From Prorocentrum cordatum (Eukaryota), in NCBI GenBank assembly GCA_963575745.1, contig CAUYUJ010000198.1, positions 1 to 64,000 on the forward strand: 64,000 nt of DNA. The letters run 5' to 3'. Below, one piece after another: positions 23,776 to 37,980 of the stretch. Numbering within the stretch: the first letter of the stretch is position 1; every line of letters begins with the position of its first letter. A program made the translations under genes and the position numbers. The notes beneath the pieces are model-generated. The model ran no database searches and had not been told where the DNA came from. It saw only the letters and a program-made list of their open reading frames with translations.

Positions 23776-24904
23776 TGGCCGGGCGGGGGCGGGGGCCCGC
23801 GCTGAGAGCGCGCTCAGTGATGAGGTAATTTCTGATGATTCTACATTACCTTCATGCGCCAAATTCACGGGCTTTTCAAATCAATCCCTGTTGTCCAACA
23901 ATCAGTGCTAGGCGGGGTTCTCCGCCGAAATGAATGCTGGGCCTCCTTTTCGAAGCGTCAACTCAATGCGTCGCTCAGCGGGGCCCTCTGGGGCGGCGCT
24001 GGGGTGCTCGGAACGGCCGACCCTGGGGGGCCCGCAGGTGGGCCGGCTCGGGCCCTCCCAACGCCCCCTCCTCAGGCAGGGGCGGACCAGCCTAGGCCCC
24101 TGCGAAACTCGCAGGGGAGGGGGCCCCTTCGTCTCGGGGCCGCGCGGGGCCTCGAGGAGTCCAGCAGGGGTGGTCCGCAAGAGCATCGGGGCGCCTCTGG
24201 GCAGCATTTGAAAGGCCTCTTGGGCGCCTGGAGCTCGGGGGGCCTTCTAGAAGAGGCCGCGGGCAGGCGTCTGCGCCGCTCGTTTACCGCGCCCCGCGCT
24301 GCTCCGCGCCGCGAGGCGTTCGTCTCCATTGGCCCTGCCCTGCTCTGCTCGGATGCCATGCCTTCTGCTGCAGCAAGCTTCCCCCTGCTCGGCTTATCCT
24401 GCTCCACGTCGCTCAACTATCTGTACTTTCCCTGCTCCACTGCGCTCGACTAAACCCTGCCCTGTATTCTTCTTCCCTTATCCTACTTTACTTCTGACCA
24501 GCTCTGTTCGGCTCTACTGCGCTCTTCTCTGCCCTGCTCTGCCCGCGCGTTACCCGGGGCGCTGCGGGGGCGGCTGGGGAAGCGCGTTGCAATGGCGGGG
24601 GGGGGGACCGCCGCAATGTCAGAGGAGGCCGCTGAAATTACAAGGGATGCCTTTGCAATAGTCTGGGGCAGCGCGCAGGAGTGGGGGTCTCAGCGGACCA
24701 CTTCGACCTTCTGGCGCCGCGCCCTGGGCCCTGGCCCCTGCGGGCTGGAACCGGGCGGCCTCGCGCGTAGGAGTGGCCGCGATGGCGGTTGGCAGCGGCG
24801 GTCGCAGCGAACGCGCGAGTGCCACTGGTAGTCTTATTCGACGTAGCACCGCTGATAAGATGACTTGCCCAACTAATAATAGCCGCCGCCGTCGCGATAG
24901 TATT

Positions 24905-26518
<1,614 letters not shown>

Positions 26519-29500
26519 TTCCATACGGGCACCAGTTATAGCAAGAAGACGGTGAAGAAGCAACGTCGGAGGTCGATCAGTTCATGCAGCACCAGCGTTT
26601 CTCTCATGAGAAGCAGCGGCAAGAGCGGCAATGGTAGTACGACGGCAACCAATAGTGCGAGAACAGCCTATATGCAATGCTGAAATTAGCGTGAAGACGA
26701 GGGGAGTGCAACCAAAGTCGCGACTGCAGAATCGAAATAGGACAGATGCGAATACAACGAATCATCGTGCGCGCATCAACTGGCAAAGAAGTATGGTTCC
26801 TTGCCGTCGTGTATAACGTGTAGAACTGGCATCTGTCAGGAGATATGGGCACTCGGCGCGGAGCGCATGAAACAATTTCAGGCGCTCGCCATCGCGCTCA
26901 GCACAACACTCTCTAGAACAACATGTGAATGCAAGATGGCCTTTGCGTTTGGTGCACGGGGCGCGCGAAGAGGGCCCATCTGCGCGCAGCTCAGCGATGC
27001 ACTAGCTTCGACGGCTTCGCAGGCCTCGAGAAGGGCGCGCTCCCGGGCACCGGGGGCGCTACTGGAGCCGCGTTGTGAGAATGAGGGCCGACTCGACAAA
27101 AAGTGGGCGCGCGCCGACGGCCGGCCCCGCGCCGCTGATTCGGGTGGCCCGACGTCGACCCGCGCCGGCCGAGCGAGGCAGGGGTGACCGGGGGAATCCC
27201 GGGGAAGAGCTGGGCTGCCAGCCGCGAGGCCCCTGGTCAGGGCTCCAGAACTCCACGAAGCGCGAAGCTGAACTGTCGCTGGGCCCTGCTGGCGCATGAA
27301 AAAATTGCTCGCCGGGCTGCCGAAGAATGCTACTCTGCGCGGCGCCTCGGTCGCCTTCGAGCGGCCCCGGCGCTGTCGCGGCTGGGGCGAGCCAGAAGTC
27401 GTGGAGTTGCGACGCCCCTTTCCCTGCGAGCGCGGCTTCGACGGCTGTGCCGCGGCCTCTTGGGCGAGAGAACGGGCGGGCATGCCGAACAGCTGTGGAA
27501 GTTACTCGCCAACCACCAGCCACTCCAGAAGCTCCTGGAAAGAGGCGCCCAGGCGCCCGTCGCCGCATCGGCGGCCGCGAATTCAAAGGGCGCGCGTCCA
27601 AGATGAAGGGCCTCTGCGCGAGGGCTGTGCGCTGCGCAGCCGCGAGGGTCTTCGCGCGCAACACCGCGGGCGCCAACGACGCCTTAGTGAGTCGCGCCTG
27701 ATAGCGGCGACGTGGAGGGCGAGGGCGCCGCGAAGGGCACTGGGGCATCCTCGCCGAGCTCGAATCTTGGCTGCGCGTCGTGCTGATCAGGATCGCGGGC
27801 ATCTGGCTGGAGGATCGAAGTGCCACGTCGCTGCAGCGCTGGCCCATAACTGCCATTGGGCTCAATGCGCCGCCGGCAACGCCATCGACCTCGCTGTGTT
27901 GGAGATGGAGAGAGTTCGGCGACTGCCTGGCCATCGACGCCTTCGAGCGGGCAGACGCGCAGGGGGTCGGCGAGAGGGGGTCGGCGAGACATTAATTCTT
28001 GAAGCACGTTGACTTGGCGACTAAGTACCAGGTCGCTGTGCTGGTCGCCTCGCGCAGGCCAACTGCGATCGGGCAGGCCACGTATCAGGTCGACCAGAGC
28101 CTACAACCCGACGCAAACCGCGGTCTGCGAGAGACGCGGCCGAACGTGGAAGGCCCGCGCTCGAGCTCTCGCGTCGGCTTTCTCTACGTCTCCTTCAACA
28201 GGCTGGAGCAGCCGAAGTGGCTCGCAACTGCCATCAACTGCGCGGTGAATACAGCGGTGGGCCAGTCAGGCTACTCGCCATCCCACCGGGTCCTGGGCCA
28301 GGGTGCCGGCCTGCCCTGCGAGCTCCCAGGCCAGCGTGGTAACCTGAGGATGCGCCGGCGGATGTGGGGCGGAAGCGAATCCAAATTCGACTACTTAGCG
28401 CCGCCTAAAGGCAACGGCCGCCATGGGGGCTAATCGCAAAATCAGCGCGGCCTCTCCGCTGGGAGCCGGGCGGCGACTGCGGGCCCAGCGGCGTCTGCGA
28501 ACCGGGGTGGGCGATCGGGTGTTTTGCCAGAGAGGCCCCGTCGAGGCTAACGCGGAGAAGCGCGGGGCTCGCGATGGTGTGGCCGAGCGGTTGCAATATG
28601 TCCCGGGGCGAAGTATTTCTGGCTGGCGCCGCGTGACCTGGCGACCGCGGCTTCGGCCCGACATTCGCGCGCAGCTGGCGCTTCGGAGGTGGTTGACTGG
28701 AAGGGTATCTTCGAGCGGGCGCTGGGCGCTGGGCATCGAATCGAGGGCCGCTCCTCCTCCCGCCCTGAGCCTGGAGCCCGAGATGATGGCGGCGATGTGG
28801 GAGTTGCTCCTGAGGCCCCTCGACTTGCCGAACCGCCGCCCGCGGGCCATGGCCGTGGCAGCTCGCCCTTGGGCGTGGAGGTTTGCGACCGCGCAGTGCT
28901 GCCGCCGGAACCGGCATCCCCCGGGGCAGAGCCACCGTGCGAGGGCGCGCCCTTCCGCGGACAACCCGCGCGAAGAAGGATGCGCGTCGACTGGGGCGCC
29001 GAGGCCACCGAGTTGAAGCCGGCGCCCCGCCCGCCGCTCGCGATCGAGGGCTCCGCCCGCACGTTGGAACCAAAGGGGCCGGCGGGCCAGCCGCCGCCGC
29101 GGCCGCCGTCTGCGGGGCAGCCGCGGGTGATATTCGAACAGGATGAGACGCCCCAGCTACGGGCGGGCGATTGCGGCGACCTTCCCGCGCCAGACCGCCG
29201 CGGCCCAGGCCTGGTGGAGGTGCCGCACCACTTCGAGGGCGAAGGCGCGCCCCGGCTGCCCGGGCCCAATGCCGATCGCGAAGCAGGAGGGGCAGGCCAT
29301 ACCACGAAAAAAACCCTGGCGCGGAGGATGCCGAGATCCCCGTCGAGGATGCGAGACCATCGGCGATCGGCCCCGCGCGCGGCCAGATCGACGAGAGAGA
29401 GACGCCGCTCCACGATGGCGCGGGTGCCCACCTCCTCGGCGCCAGGAGGGCCGGGGCCCGACAGCTGCAGCGTCGTCGAGTGGAGCGCCTGCATCGAGGC

Positions 29501-31624
29501 CGGCGCCGTCTCGGCGAGCGACCCGCGGAGGAGCGCCCCAGGGCGAAACTCTGCGACCTCATCGACGACGCACCGTTCAACGCGCAACAGGGATTGGCCC
29601 CAAGTCGTCGACCGAGATCTCCATTCTTGCAGGCTGGCCCTGCTCGAGGTCGAGCGGGGCCGCTGGCCGCCTGGGGCCCGAGGCGCGCCCTCGCGCTGCA
29701 GGTCAAGGGGATGCGCGACTGCTTTCTCGCCAGGGCGGCCCCCTCTGGCCCGGGCGCCGACTTGGGCGACGATCGACGAAACCAGGGCGAAGATGACGTC
29801 GCGCGGGGGTAAATAGAGCATCTCTGAAATCCGGCAGCTCTGGAAGATGTCTCGGGCGACGCGGCCTTCGCAGCGCTTTCTGGAACGCCCTCAAGGCGTT
29901 CCGGAACGCTCTGGAACGGATCTATCTTCTTTCTAACCCCGCCCGAACTGCTGGCCTCAAGATGGGGGAGTGGGAGAAGTGGATCGCCTTCGGAGCGAGC
30001 TGCTCGACGTCGTCCGGACCACGGGCTTCAGAAGCACCTGAGGGATGGTGCCAAGGTCGTCGGCACCCGCTGGGTGGTCACTCTAAAGCAAACGAAGCGA
30101 TCGAAATATCAATCCAAACTCGCGTTGCAAGGCTGCCAGGAGCGATCGGCCTACCTCAGGAGCGATGCCCCCGCGGGGTCCGTGGACGCCCTGATGGTCT
30201 TCATGTCTCAAGACGGATGGATGGGCAGGTAATTCGACGCGAAGTCGGCACACCTCCAGGCTGAAAGGATAGACCGCGTGCTGCTGATCCGCATGTCCAG
30301 AAGGTATCCCGCAGCTCCTGGCCAAGTGTCCTGCGCGCAAGGCTCGATGTTCGTCGCGGAGGGCGCTGGCCGGGCATGGGAATATGCACCCTCAACCCTT
30401 TTCCTAGAACACGGGCGTTTACGAGTCCAGGCTCGAGCGCGGAGTGAAAAAGTACCGCCTCCACGGGGGGCTGAAGATGGTCGTGTACAGCCGCGAGGAC
30501 CACCTGCTAGTTGGTGGCCAAGAGGGTCAGAAGCCCCCGAGGTGGACGCGCTCTTGCTGAAGATAGCTAAGTTCTGCGCCCCAAGCGGCGAGATAGCGAG
30601 TTCGAGCATTGCGGCGTGAACGTCAGCATCGGCGAGAAAGGACTCCGAATTGTCCGAACCAAGGCTGTGAGGGCCGTAGAGTACGTGCCGCTGAGCAACG
30701 AGCGCAATAATAAGCCAGACGAGTCAGCGAACGAGGAGCTCAGCGCTTCCCGCAGACACATCGGCAAGCTACAGTGCCTCGCGCATCGATCGCCTTTGGA
30801 CAGAAAAAGCTTGGCCCCGCGGACCTCAGTCCTCAAGGAGTGCGACCTCGACGACGTCTCGGCCGTCACGGGGAAGCTGCAGAAGGAAGGCTTCCACTCA
30901 ATATCTGTGGTGATCGATGTTGCGAATCAGATTTTTCGCAACTACAACGCAGATGGAACTCAAGCGGGGAGACAAGAGGCAATCCCCAGCTACTACTGCG
31001 ACCCCGGCTCAGGTATGATCAGGAACCGTCGACGGCGAGGAGCGCCATAACGACCGCAAGCACTTCGACTTGCTGAAGCCACGCATCCATATCTGAGATC
31101 CATATGTCCATGTCCTGCCTCGAACTTCGAGGCCGCTTGCATATCTTCCTTTACCTCACCCGTGGAGGCGACGCTTCCGCGTGTAGCTTCGTCGGACTGG
31201 CACGGCTTTCCGGCAGGGAGGACGAGCTGAGAGAGCCATCGCAAGGCATAGCGTTCCTACCTGCCCTAGTCCCACCTCCCCCGGTTGCTCTGCTCAGCTA
31301 CTGTCACTACCTGATATCCTTCCGCCGCCTTTTGGCCCCGTCGCGCCGACAGGGCCCTTAACCATTTTACGGCCCCGCCTCTCAGCGAGAGGCCCCCAGA
31401 GATGCCGGGCTTGCGAAGCCCAAGCCTCTGCCCGCGGCGCGTGCAGGGAAAACGAACTATCATTTTCGATATGTATTTTTCCGCTGGCGCAGCCCCGCCA
31501 CTCAGAACAGGTCCAGGGGCTGGTTGTTGACCCCCGCCCACGGACCTCCTCGCTTTGTTCACAAAAACAACACGGCGGGCCTCTCCCTAGGCGATTGGTC
31601 TCATTCCATCGATTATATAAATAT

Positions 31625-32860
31625 TTCTTCCTCCTCCTCCTCCTCTTCCTCCCCCTCCTCCTCCTCCTCCTCCTCCTCCTACTCCCCCCCTCCTCCTCTG
31701 CGCTGCAACGCGATCCATCCCGTGAGCACAACAGATGCCCGCAGATTTCCTCCAGCTCCCTCCTCCGCCCTCCCTCCTCCGCCCTCCCTCCTCCCTGCTC
31801 CCTCCTTCTTCCCTCCCTCCCTCCTCCTCCTCCTCCTCCTCCTTTTTTTTCTTCTTCCCTCCCTTTCTCCCTCCTCCTTCCTCCAAACTCCTCCTTCTTG
31901 CCTCTCTCCTCCATCCTCCTCTGCACTGCAACACGAGCCACCCCGTGAACGCACAAGATCGCACAAGATGCCCGCATACCTCCTCCTCCTCCTCCTCCTC
32001 CTTCTCCTCCTCCTCCTCCTCTCCTCCTCCTCCTCCTCCTCCTCCTCCTCCCCCTCCTCCCTTCTCCTCTCCTCCGCCTCCTCCGCCTCCTCCTCCTCCT
32101 CCTCCGCCTCCTCCTCCTCCTCCTCCTCCTCCTCCTCCTCCCCTTCCTCCTCCTCGGCGCCCTGCTCGCAGGCGCCCCCCCCCGTCGGCGTTCGGCTGGC
32201 TCGGGATCGGCGGCCACTGCAGGTGCACCACGGCAGTGCTCTGCTGCGACTCCACATGCATGGGGCGCGAGGCGCAGCGGGCAGTCGGACGCGTGGCGAG
32301 AGCGACTCGCCGAGGCCCCTTTGGCTCATTCGCCCTCGACCCCAAATGTAAGGACCTCGAGGTCCTAGCCGTCGGGGGATGAGGATGTAGCCTTGGCGGT
32401 GGTTTGCTCCAGGGACCGGTCCCGTTCGTTTTAGTTTGGTGTTTTTCCGACGGAGGCGCTCAGTCCCCCATCTGGTGCCCTCCTCCCCCCTCCTGGGAGA
32501 TGCCCGTCGTCCCTTGATCGCGCCCCTCGGCGCGAGGCCGTTGGCTGCTAGTCACAGTGCGCCCCCGAGCCCCACCAGCACAAACTCCTCCTCCCTCCTC
32601 CCTCCTTCTCTCCTCCTCCCTCTTCCTCTGTGCTGCAACACGATCCATCCCGTGAGCACACAAGATGCCCGCACGCGTCCTCCTCTTCCTCCTCCTCCTC
32701 CTCCTCCTCCTCCTCCTCCTCCTCCTCTCTCCTCCGTGCTCCCTGCTCCTCCTCCCTCCTCCCTCGTCCTCCTCGTGTTCTTCCCTCCTCCTCCTCCTCG
32801 TGCTCCTCCTCCTCCTCCTCCTCCTCCTCGACCTCTTCCCGCTCCTCCTGCTACTGCTTC
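31625..32860. repeat. (CCT)n-rich region with three copies of a ~50-bp module (31695, 31915, 32625)
   Basis: cctctg(c/t)(g/a)ctgcaac(g/a)cga..ca.cccgtga...aca..agatgcccgca, each copy followed by (CCT)n. Confidence 0.8.
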
Positions 32861-33414
32861 TGCGACTGGTCCCCTGGGCGCCGTGCCCTGCAGGGTCGTG
32901 GACATGGCTGGCCCGCCCCCCAATGGGAGTTCATCGTCGTGGTCGTGCTTGTGATTCGCTTCTTCGAATGTTCCTGGACCACCTCTCCAGTTCACCAGCC
33001 CGCAATGGTTGCTGGCATGCGGCAGCCTCGTTGTATATCACACCTGTGCCTGTGCCGGATGCTACCAACGTTAAGACATCATAGCTGCGCGCGCAAGGGG
33101 ACCGCAGGGCCTCAACGACCGACACCTGCCGAGGCACACCGCCTCTCCGCAGCAACAGCGCAGCGCCGCAACACGCACAGACATGCCGAATGAGGGCACC
33201 CAGATGGTCCTTCGAATGCGCAGGCAGTCTCTTACCCCTTCTCTGTGAGGCGCCCAGGAGCATACTTTCCACCAGTGTCGCTCCAGATGTTTGCAACGGA
33301 GGTCACATACAGCCCAAAGCTGCCAAAGATGGCGCCATGACCCAAAGGGGCCCACGACAGCCTTCACGAGGGTCCCAAATGCGCCCGTGGTGGGCCGTTA
33401 GGACCCTTCACGGA

Positions 33415-33420
33415 GAAGAT

Positions 33421-33452
<32 letters not shown>

Positions 33453-33959
33453 TGCTGCTGATGGTGATGCTGCTGCTGCTGCTGATGATGATTATGACGT
33501 TTATGCTGATGCTGATGACGATGACGATGCTGAGTACGATCATGATGGCGAACATGATGCCTAGTAAGATGATGCTGCTGCTGACAATGGTGATGATGCT
33601 GATGATGATTATGTTGGCACTGATTATGATGATGCTGGTGATGACGATAGCGGTGATGGTGTTGATGATGATGCTGGTGATGACGATGGCAATGATGCTG
33701 AGTATGATGATGGTGATGATGGTGATGGTGGTGGTGATGGTGATGATGACGATGGTGATGGTAACGGTGATGATGATGGTGATGATGCTGATGACGGTGA
33801 AGATGACGATGATGCCGAGTATTAGGATGATGATGATGCTGATGATGATGATGGCGGTGGTAGTGGTGGTGGTGATGAGTATGATGATGACAATGATGAT
33901 GATGGTGGTGGTGATGATGACGATGATGATGATGACGACGACGATGATGATGCTGATGC

Positions 33960-33994
<35 letters not shown>

Positions 33995-34132
33995 GTGCTG
34001 GTGATGATGCTATGGTGCTGATGACGGCTAAGATGACGATGAAACTGAGTATGCTAATCATGGTGATGATGATGCTGATGATGACGATGACGATGACGAT
34101 GATGATGCTGATGATGATAATGATGGTGGTGA

Positions 34133-34223
<91 letters not shown>

Positions 34224-34242
34224 GGTGGTGGGGGTGATGATT
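33415..34242. repeat. (GAT/GGT/GAC)n compound microsatellite
   Basis: Direct reading. Confidence 0.95.
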
Positions 34243-34265
34243 ATGAAGGCCCCTCACCCTCTCGC

Positions 34266-34351
34266 TTGTTCGTGCGTATGAACTCGCAGATCGCAAGCAC
34301 GCCGCCCTGGGAAATCATGTTCCTGCACAGCTTCAGCGAAGCCGCGTGCAC
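34266..34351 (-). CDS. LRR gene exon E: VHAASLKLCRNMISQGGVLAICEFIRTN(K)
   Basis: LRR pattern LxLxxNxI, ag|G acceptor, AA|gc donor in phase 2. Confidence 0.85.
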
Positions 34352-34759
34352 CTCGTCCGCCCCCGCCAGGCGGAGGGCACTCCCCCCCCCCCCTTGTAGG
34401 GTTGCACAGTGTGGCCGCGTCCATTGTGTAACGTTGTCGACTTGCGGCGATCACACACCCGTGTTTGCGGGCATGTTGTGTGCCCCCTCTCGAGAGCCCC
34501 CGGGAATGCACTCGGCCGGAGCCCCACGGGGCTGCGTGACCCCGTGTTGGCCATGGCCACCGCTCTAATAGAGAGCCCCTATGACGCGAACAAATGGACG
34601 GCGCCACGCTAGTGCAACTCTCCTCCCTCCTCCGGAAGACGTGCTGAGAGAGGCGCGCCCCCCTTTCGCGCATGCCTCTTCCTTTTCTGACACGCAGGAT
34701 TTGTTCGGGTCGGCATGTTCTATGGCGATTCCAATCGGAACGCGCTCGGTGTTAAAAAC

Positions 34760-36540
34760 ATGATGCTCCCGCTGCAGCGTGGGCCTCCTCTTAGGATCGG
34801 CGCTTCGCTGCCGTCGTTCGGAATGGTACTCTCGCCCCAAGGCGGGCAACTTATCTAGATCCGAGTCCTTCCTCAGTCATCGCCCCCTCGTTTCCCCTCC
34901 TCCGCCTTCCCCTGGTCGCCCTGCTCCTCCCGCTCCTTCAATTCTAGCTCCTGCTGTTCGCCTTCGTCCTCCTCATTCTTGAGTCTCCTTCTTATCCCCC
35001 TGCCCATCCGCCAACTCCTCCTCCAATATACACGGCTCGCACATCACACGATGGGGGTCCTCTTTTGGGTTCCAGCTCCGCCATGACACGCGTGGGCGGA
35101 TAGATAAACATCGACGCAATGGGAATGAATGGGCGGGAGGCCAGGTTGTTAGACAGGGGGTCGAGCGCACCTAGCGTGCCCCTCTCCCATCTGCCTTCGT
35201 CCGCCTCCGCACCCCCTCCTCCCGCCTCTCTCCTACGTCTTCCTCTGCCCTCCTTCCTTCCGCCGCCTTCTCCTCCCGCCGCTCCTTCTCCCCTCCATCC
35301 TACCCCCTCCCCCTCCTCCCCTCCTCCTCGTCCTCCTCCTTGTCCTCCACCCCTTCCGGCCCGTATACACATTACTCGGCGATGACATATTCTGACTGCT
35401 ACTCTCCTCTGTCCCCTGACTTCGTCAGGAAAATATTCGGCCCTCTACGCGCACTGATTTTCACCTCCGAGACTCAAACGGTTGATTTAGCTTCCGGTTG
35501 TTTGCAATCCGACTGCTTTCGGTATTTCAAGGTGGTGCTCCCGCTGCAGCGTGGGCCTCACTTTCGGATCGGCGCTTTGCTCCTGTCGTTCGGAATGACA
35601 CTCTCGCCCTCGTGCGGGTCACTTTTCTGGACCCAAGTCCCTTTTCATCGTCGTCACCCCCTCGTTTCATCTCCTCCGCCTTCCCCTTGTTATCCTGCTC
35701 CTCCCTCTCCTTCCACTCCAGCTCCAGCTGGTGCTGCTATTCGCTCTCGTTCTCCTCGTTCCTCATCCTCCTCCCTTCCATCCTGCTCATCCTCCTGCAT
35801 ACTCGCTACCTCCTCCTTCTCCTCCTCCTCCTCCTCCTCCTCCTCCTCCTCCAATGTGCGCGGTTCCCTTGTTCCGATTGCCCCTAACCCGATGAATGGT
35901 CCTCTTTCGAGTTCCAGGTACGCTAGGGTATGCGTCAGCAGATACATGAAAACAGCGCAATGGGAAGGGATGGGTGGGAGGGGCAGGATGCCGTCTATGG
36001 CGCGTACCTGGCTTGATACGAACGCTACTCTCCCCTCTCCCCCGGAGACAGCCAGTGCGTGGCCCGCCCCCCTCCACGTCTTGTGCTCCACACGCACGAC
36101 ATTTCAAGCCACGGATTTGTCATAGGGTGTTGTTCATTCGGAACGTTGTCGGTGTCTCGTCATGGTGGTCGCGCTGCAGCGTCGGTCTCATTTTGGGATC
36201 GGCGCCCTGCTCTCATCGTTCGGAGTGGTACTCTCGCCCGCAGCGCGGGCCATTTTTCTGGATCCGAGTGCTCCCCCATCGTGGTCGCCCCGTTCCTTTC
36301 CCCTCGTCCGCCTTCCCCTGGTCATTCTGCTCCTCCACTCCTGCTCCTGCTGCTGACGCTGTTCCTCCTTGTCGCCCTGCTTCCTCGTCCTCCTCTTCCT
36401 CCTGCTCATCCGCCACCTCCTCCTCCAATGTACGCGGCTCCCCGATTGCGAGTGCGCATGACACAGCAGGGCCCCTTTAGACTCCTGTCGACTGGTACTG
36501 GAAAGAACAGCGCAATGGGAAGGGATTGGTGGGAGGGGTA
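34760..36540 (+). repeat. Three diverged direct copies (~34760, 35535, 36165) of a ~0.4-kb repeat
   Basis: cgctgcagcgt.gg.ctc...ggatcggcgc...tcgttcgga.tg..actctcgccc...(CCT)n...cctccaat...gcaatggga recurs three times. Confidence 0.8.
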
Positions 36541-37504
36541 CAATGTCTGATTCGACACGAGAGCACCTAACTCGCCCCGACACCATCTTCCTTCTCCCCT
36601 CCTGCTCTCCCGCCCTGATTATATCCAAGGCTTCGTCACATGAAACGGCTAGCATGCATACCGTGCTGCGTTGAACCAGATCACGGGCTGTCGTGTTCAT
36701 GTGGCGCCGGGACATAAAGTCGAGGTTGGTGGCGTGTGCTCCGATCGATCCAATTTCCATCACATCCCATCGTGTGCCCGCAGCAGCGTGACTCAACTCG
36801 TTTCCTGGTGATCCCGTTTGGCGTCTGAGTCCGTTCGGCCGCAGACGGGCTCAGGATCGAGCCCATTCGGCGGCCGAACGGGCTCACACGCCGAACGGGC
36901 TCAGCAGGGCGCTCTGGGGTCTGCCCTCCCTCTCCACCTCCTCCCGTCACCCAGGCTCCTTTCCTCCCCCCTCCACAATTAACGTACGACGCAAGCAGGC
37001 CCTGTCGGTCCGCGCGGGGTTCTTGGATTGATGCTGGACTCCCCGGCGGCGCCGATCCAGGAAGCCCGCGCGGACCTCCGACAGTGTATGCGTAAACGAC
37101 TTTTGGAGGGCAACCTTAGGGGTCGAAAGGCTCAGGGGGGGGACCATCGAGCTGGAATCGGCGATACATCGCCGATAGATCGGCGACAGGCCCCCGATAA
37201 CGCGTCCTCGTACTGGTCCTTCGACTCGTACTGGACGACAACTCGTACTGCTGTTACCACATCTGCAGATACAACACTGATTACGACTACTACTGCTACT
37301 CGAATGGAACACTATCATTATCTAATGTTCTCCTCTGCATCGAAGGAACCTGTAATTCAATATGATACCCTCGCTCGGGAATTCAGACCGGTAAACGATG
37401 TCCCGCGCGCTACCCTGAAGGAGATTCGAAGGAATCGGATGATCGAGGAAAGAGCGGAGGGGACAACTGGCAATGCAGGTTCCTCATGATCTTCCTCCTC
37501 AGCC

Positions 37505-37980
37505 TTATCATCATCAGAATTAATACCACCGCTACCACCATCATCATCACCATCAGCATCACCATCATCATCATCGTCATCATCACCGTCATCGTCATCG
37601 TCATCGTTATCATCATCACCATCGTCATCGTCATCATCAGCAACATCTACATAATACAACGCATCATCAGCATCAACATCAACATCAACATCAACATCAT
37701 CACCATCACCATCATCATCATCATCATCATCGTCATCACTGTGTGGACTATATGACTATATGCATCCTCCTCCTCCTCCTCATCATCATCACCATCACCA
37801 TCACCATCCTCATCATCCTCATCATCCTCATCATCCTCATCATCCTCATCATCCTCATCATCCTCATCATCCTCCTCATCCTCATCCTCATCCTCATCCT
37901 CATCCTCATCCTCATCCTCATCCTCATCCTCATCCTCATCCTCATCCTCATCATCATCATCATCATCATCATCGTCATCA
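37505..37980. repeat. (CAT/CCT)n compound microsatellite
   Basis: Direct reading. Confidence 0.95.
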
